A stretch of DNA of 63,899 bases, counting the filler, from Folioceros fuciformis (taxonomy: Eukaryota), in NCBI GenBank assembly GCA_049999805.1. It is 8 parts of 8 records of this genome, joined end to end, with 100 filler letters (N's around TTAATTAATTAA, not from the genome) between each part and the next. Parts side by side here need not be neighbours in the genome. Positions count along the whole stretch, not along the records: positions 59,510 to 62,096 come from JBNGIO010003190.1; positions 62,197 to 63,899 come from JBNGIO010003204.1; 6 more parts are not named here. One strand, written 5' to 3'. The position numbers and the translations under genes were made by a program. This document shows, one piece after another, positions 60,807 to 63,899 of the stretch; the stretch's first letter is position 1, and each line of letters begins with the position of its first letter. The notes below the pieces were generated by a model, which was not told the DNA's origin, searched no databases, and saw nothing but the letters and a program-made list of their open reading frames with translations.

Positions 60807-61379
60807 TGTGGAGGCAAAATCCCGGGCACTAATTGCCGACGGGTTCCACCTTTAGTGGCCACACTTATCCCACTGTCGTTGAGACATTGGGTTTCGTTCC
60901 CACGAAGGAGCGATGGGGTTCCTTGCTGCTGTGGATGGAGGGTCGGACTCAATTGACTCGATGATGGATTCGAGGGCTCCCCTCCAGCTCCGATCAGGCA
61001 TAGGACAAGCCTCGTTGTCCAGCAGTCAGCTGCACCTCTCTTGGTGCCCACAAACTCACTCCAGTCACTACAACGACCCTAACCTCTCAGATCTGTGACT
61101 TCCCTCACTCACTTCACTCGCTCTCTCACTCCAGCACCAACACCAGCAACTAACCATGACACCACTACCTTCTACACTTCCCTATTGACTCCTCCTACCC
61201 GGCAAGAGTCACTAGACTAACCTCAAAGAAGAGAAAGAAGGGAACACACTCTCCCCCCACACCCCCTCGGATATCTCCTCCCCACGACCTTACCAGACGC
61301 AATGAAACATGGCCGGCCTACAACACTTGTCCAAACAGGGAACAAGAGTGGACAGGTCGAGAGAAAGACACATCCTTTA
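60807..61379 (+). repeat. Family X LTR-like repeat (partial), interrupted by the next element
   Basis: Colinear with 42140-42691. Confidence 0.85.
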
Positions 61380-62096
61380 TGTTAGGGTTTTGTTACCTTA
61401 ATTAGTTATAGCCCCTTTCACTCGTTATTTATCCCGTGGACTGTTTTATCAGCCATAGATGCCTTTTCATTTTTAGGGTTTCTAGGGATATATAAATAGG
61501 CTCTTAATGGAGAGATAATATATAACAAAACATCTTTTGGAGAATATACTTTGTTTTTTATGCTTGAATAATGTACATACATTACACATATTAATTAAAC
61601 TGCATTATTATTTTTGATATGGTATCAGAGCACGTCAAAATTAGATAATGCAAAATCAGGGCAGTCATGTAAACTTCTATTATGATAATTATAGGAAGAT
61701 CAATAATGATCTTCATCAAGGTCGAAAGATGGCCACAAAATTACATGGTCAAAAGCAGATACATGACTGCCCTATACGAAGACAACACTTATCTTCTGAT
61801 TTTAATCTAGATTTCTATGAATATCTAGAGAAAGAAAAATGTCTTGGTAAGAAGACACAAAATCATCTTAGAAGACAAAAGACTAAAGTGTTCACAGAAC
61901 ATGTTCAGCCTGATGTATTCGTATCGAGGTTGAATCGGCGAGACAGTTCCTGTGAATCTGCAAGTTTACATAAGGCAATTCATTATCAACAGAGAGATTT
62001 TAAATCTGCCCTTCAGAATTTAACAAACAAAATTTCGCAGATAAAACAGTCGCAATCTCAAATTATTTCCCAACAGTCAACCACACAAGATCAATT
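61380..62096 (+). mobile_element. 5' end of an LTR retrotransposon: LTR 61380-61619, PBS 61620-61631, non-gag ORF from 61648
   Basis: TGTTAG start, TATAAATA inside the LTR, exact TGGTATCAGAGC, ORF open to the gap. Confidence 0.8.
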
Positions 62097-62196
62097 NNNN
62101 NNNNNNNNNNNNNNNNNNNNNNNNNNNNNNNNNNNNNNNNTTAATTAATTAANNNNNNNNNNNNNNNNNNNNNNNNNNNNNNNNNNNNNNNNNNNN

Positions 62197-63899
62197 CCCT
62201 CCTGGACCAGACCCCCATGACTGCATGCTACTAGAAGGCAAGTGAAAGTAGCATCGTCAGGCTGAACACCGGCAGCTAACATCTCCTCAAAACAAGCTAG
62301 CGCCTTGCAACCTTCATCACAAGCACCATATCCAGCGATCATGGCATTCCATGTCACCACATCTTTAGTGACCATCCTGTCAAAAACCTGGCGTGCATCT
62401 TCCACCTCACCACATTTTGCATACATGTCCACCAGGCAGTTTCCCACCAGTATATTATCCAGCACACCTCTGTTGACAATCTGTGAGTGCAGCTCCCTGC
62501 CCTTCTGCAAGGCACCAGTGCTTCCACACGCCTTCAGAATGCACGCAAAAGTAACATCATCGGCCAAAACGAGGCCTGCCTCCTCCATTTGTCCATACAC
62601 AACAAGTGCCTGTTGGCCGAGTCCTTGCTGTGCATACCCAGCGATCATGGCATTCCAAGTCACCACATCCTTCGAGGCCATGCCGTCGAAAACCTGGCGG
62701 GCACCTTCCAGCTCACCACATTTTGCATACATGTCCACCAGGCAGTTTCCCACCACTATATTACCCAGCAGTTTTCTCTTGACAATCTGTGAGTGAAGCT
62801 CCCTGCCCTTCTGCAATGAACCAGTGCTTCCACACGCCTTCAGAATGCAAGCAAAAGTAACATCATCAGCCAAAACGAGGCCTGCCTCATCCATCTGTCC
62901 ATACACAACAAGCGCCTCTTGCCCGAGCCCTTGCTGAGCATACCCAGCGATCAGGGCCGTCCATGTCACCACATCCTTCGTGCCCATGCTGTCAAAAACC
63001 TGGCGTGCATCTTCCACCTCACCGCATTTTGCATACATGTCCACCAGGCAGTTTCCCACCACTATATCATCCAGCAGTTCTCTCTTGACAATCTGTGAGT
63101 GGAGCTCCCTGCCCTTCTGCAAGGCACCAGTGCTTGCACACGCCTTCAGAAGGCACGCAAAAGTAACACCGTCAGCAAAAACGAGGCCCGCCTCCTCCAT
63201 TTGTGCATATACAACAAGGGCCTCTTGGCCGAGTCCTTGCTGGGCATACCCAGCGATCAGGGCCGTCCATGTCACCACATCCTTCGTGTCCATGCTGTCA
63301 AAAACCTGTCGTGCATATTCCAGCTCACCACATTTTGCATACATGTCCACCAGGCAGTTTCCCACCAGTACATCATCCAGCACACCTCTGTGGACAATCT
63401 GTGAGTGAAGCTCCCTGCCCTTCTGCAAGGCACCAGTGCTTGCACACGCCTTCAAAAGGCACGCAAAAGTAACACGGTTAGCCACCACGAGGCCCGCCTC
63501 CTCCATTTGCCCATACACAACAAGTGCCTCTTGGCCGAGTCCTTGCTGTGCATACCCAGCGATCAGGGAATTCCATGTCACCACATCCTTCGTGTTCATG
63601 CTATCAAAAACCTGGCGTGCATCTTTCATTCGCCCACATTTTGCATACATGTCCACCAAGGAGTTGTTAACAAACAAGTCAGTACGGAAGCCACTGCGCA
63701 ACACGTCGCGGTGCACTGTTCTGCCAGATTCTAAGTCGGCAGCAAATGCACAAGCTTGAACGGCGGCTACAAAAACATAACCATCCGCCTTCACTTCTGA
63801 CCTACGCATTTCATGGTACAGTTGTATGGCCTCCTTCGGCTTCCCGTGCTTGGCATGTGCAGAGATTATGGAAAACCACATGAAGACATCCGGTTTCCC
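62197..63899 (-). CDS. PLS-class PPR protein, partial at both ends
   Basis: Uninterrupted frame of P-L-S triplets (VVTW..., VTFAC..., LVDMYAKCG) ending in P2-L2 (LVACSHGGLVQE) at the gap. Confidence 0.93.

Overview
Land-plant nuclear DNA, most likely from a seed-free plant such as a fern (inferred from the PPR motif style). The window is eight contigs joined by seven artificial 100-bp spacers (44 N + TTAATTAATTAA + 44 N), so adjacency across spacers is not proven. There are three host genes: a 17-exon IRE/IREH1-type AGC kinase (5' end lost in a gap), a PLS-class E+ PPR editing factor with two elongated L motifs, and a partial PLS PPR built from near-identical 306-bp repeats. Most of the rest is nested, decaying transposons: about ten Ty1/Copia pieces, Ty3/Gypsy pieces and accessory ORFs, solo-LTR-like repeats, a PIF/Harbinger transposase pseudogene, a LINE endonuclease fragment and minisatellites. 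The most unusual signals are: (1) a spliced integrase-core DDE transposase pseudogene (RxD...GPSVHSQ|RIEHFW...WNLH) of a type I associate with fungi and animals, in frame with a ~470-codon unknown region and next to a hairpin cluster; (2) Copia elements carrying extra ORFs between the PBS and gag and antisense after RNase H; (3) a fold-back/T-arm-like motif conserved at one terminus of three otherwise divergent LTR-like families. All family assignments are by-eye motif recognition; no searches were run.
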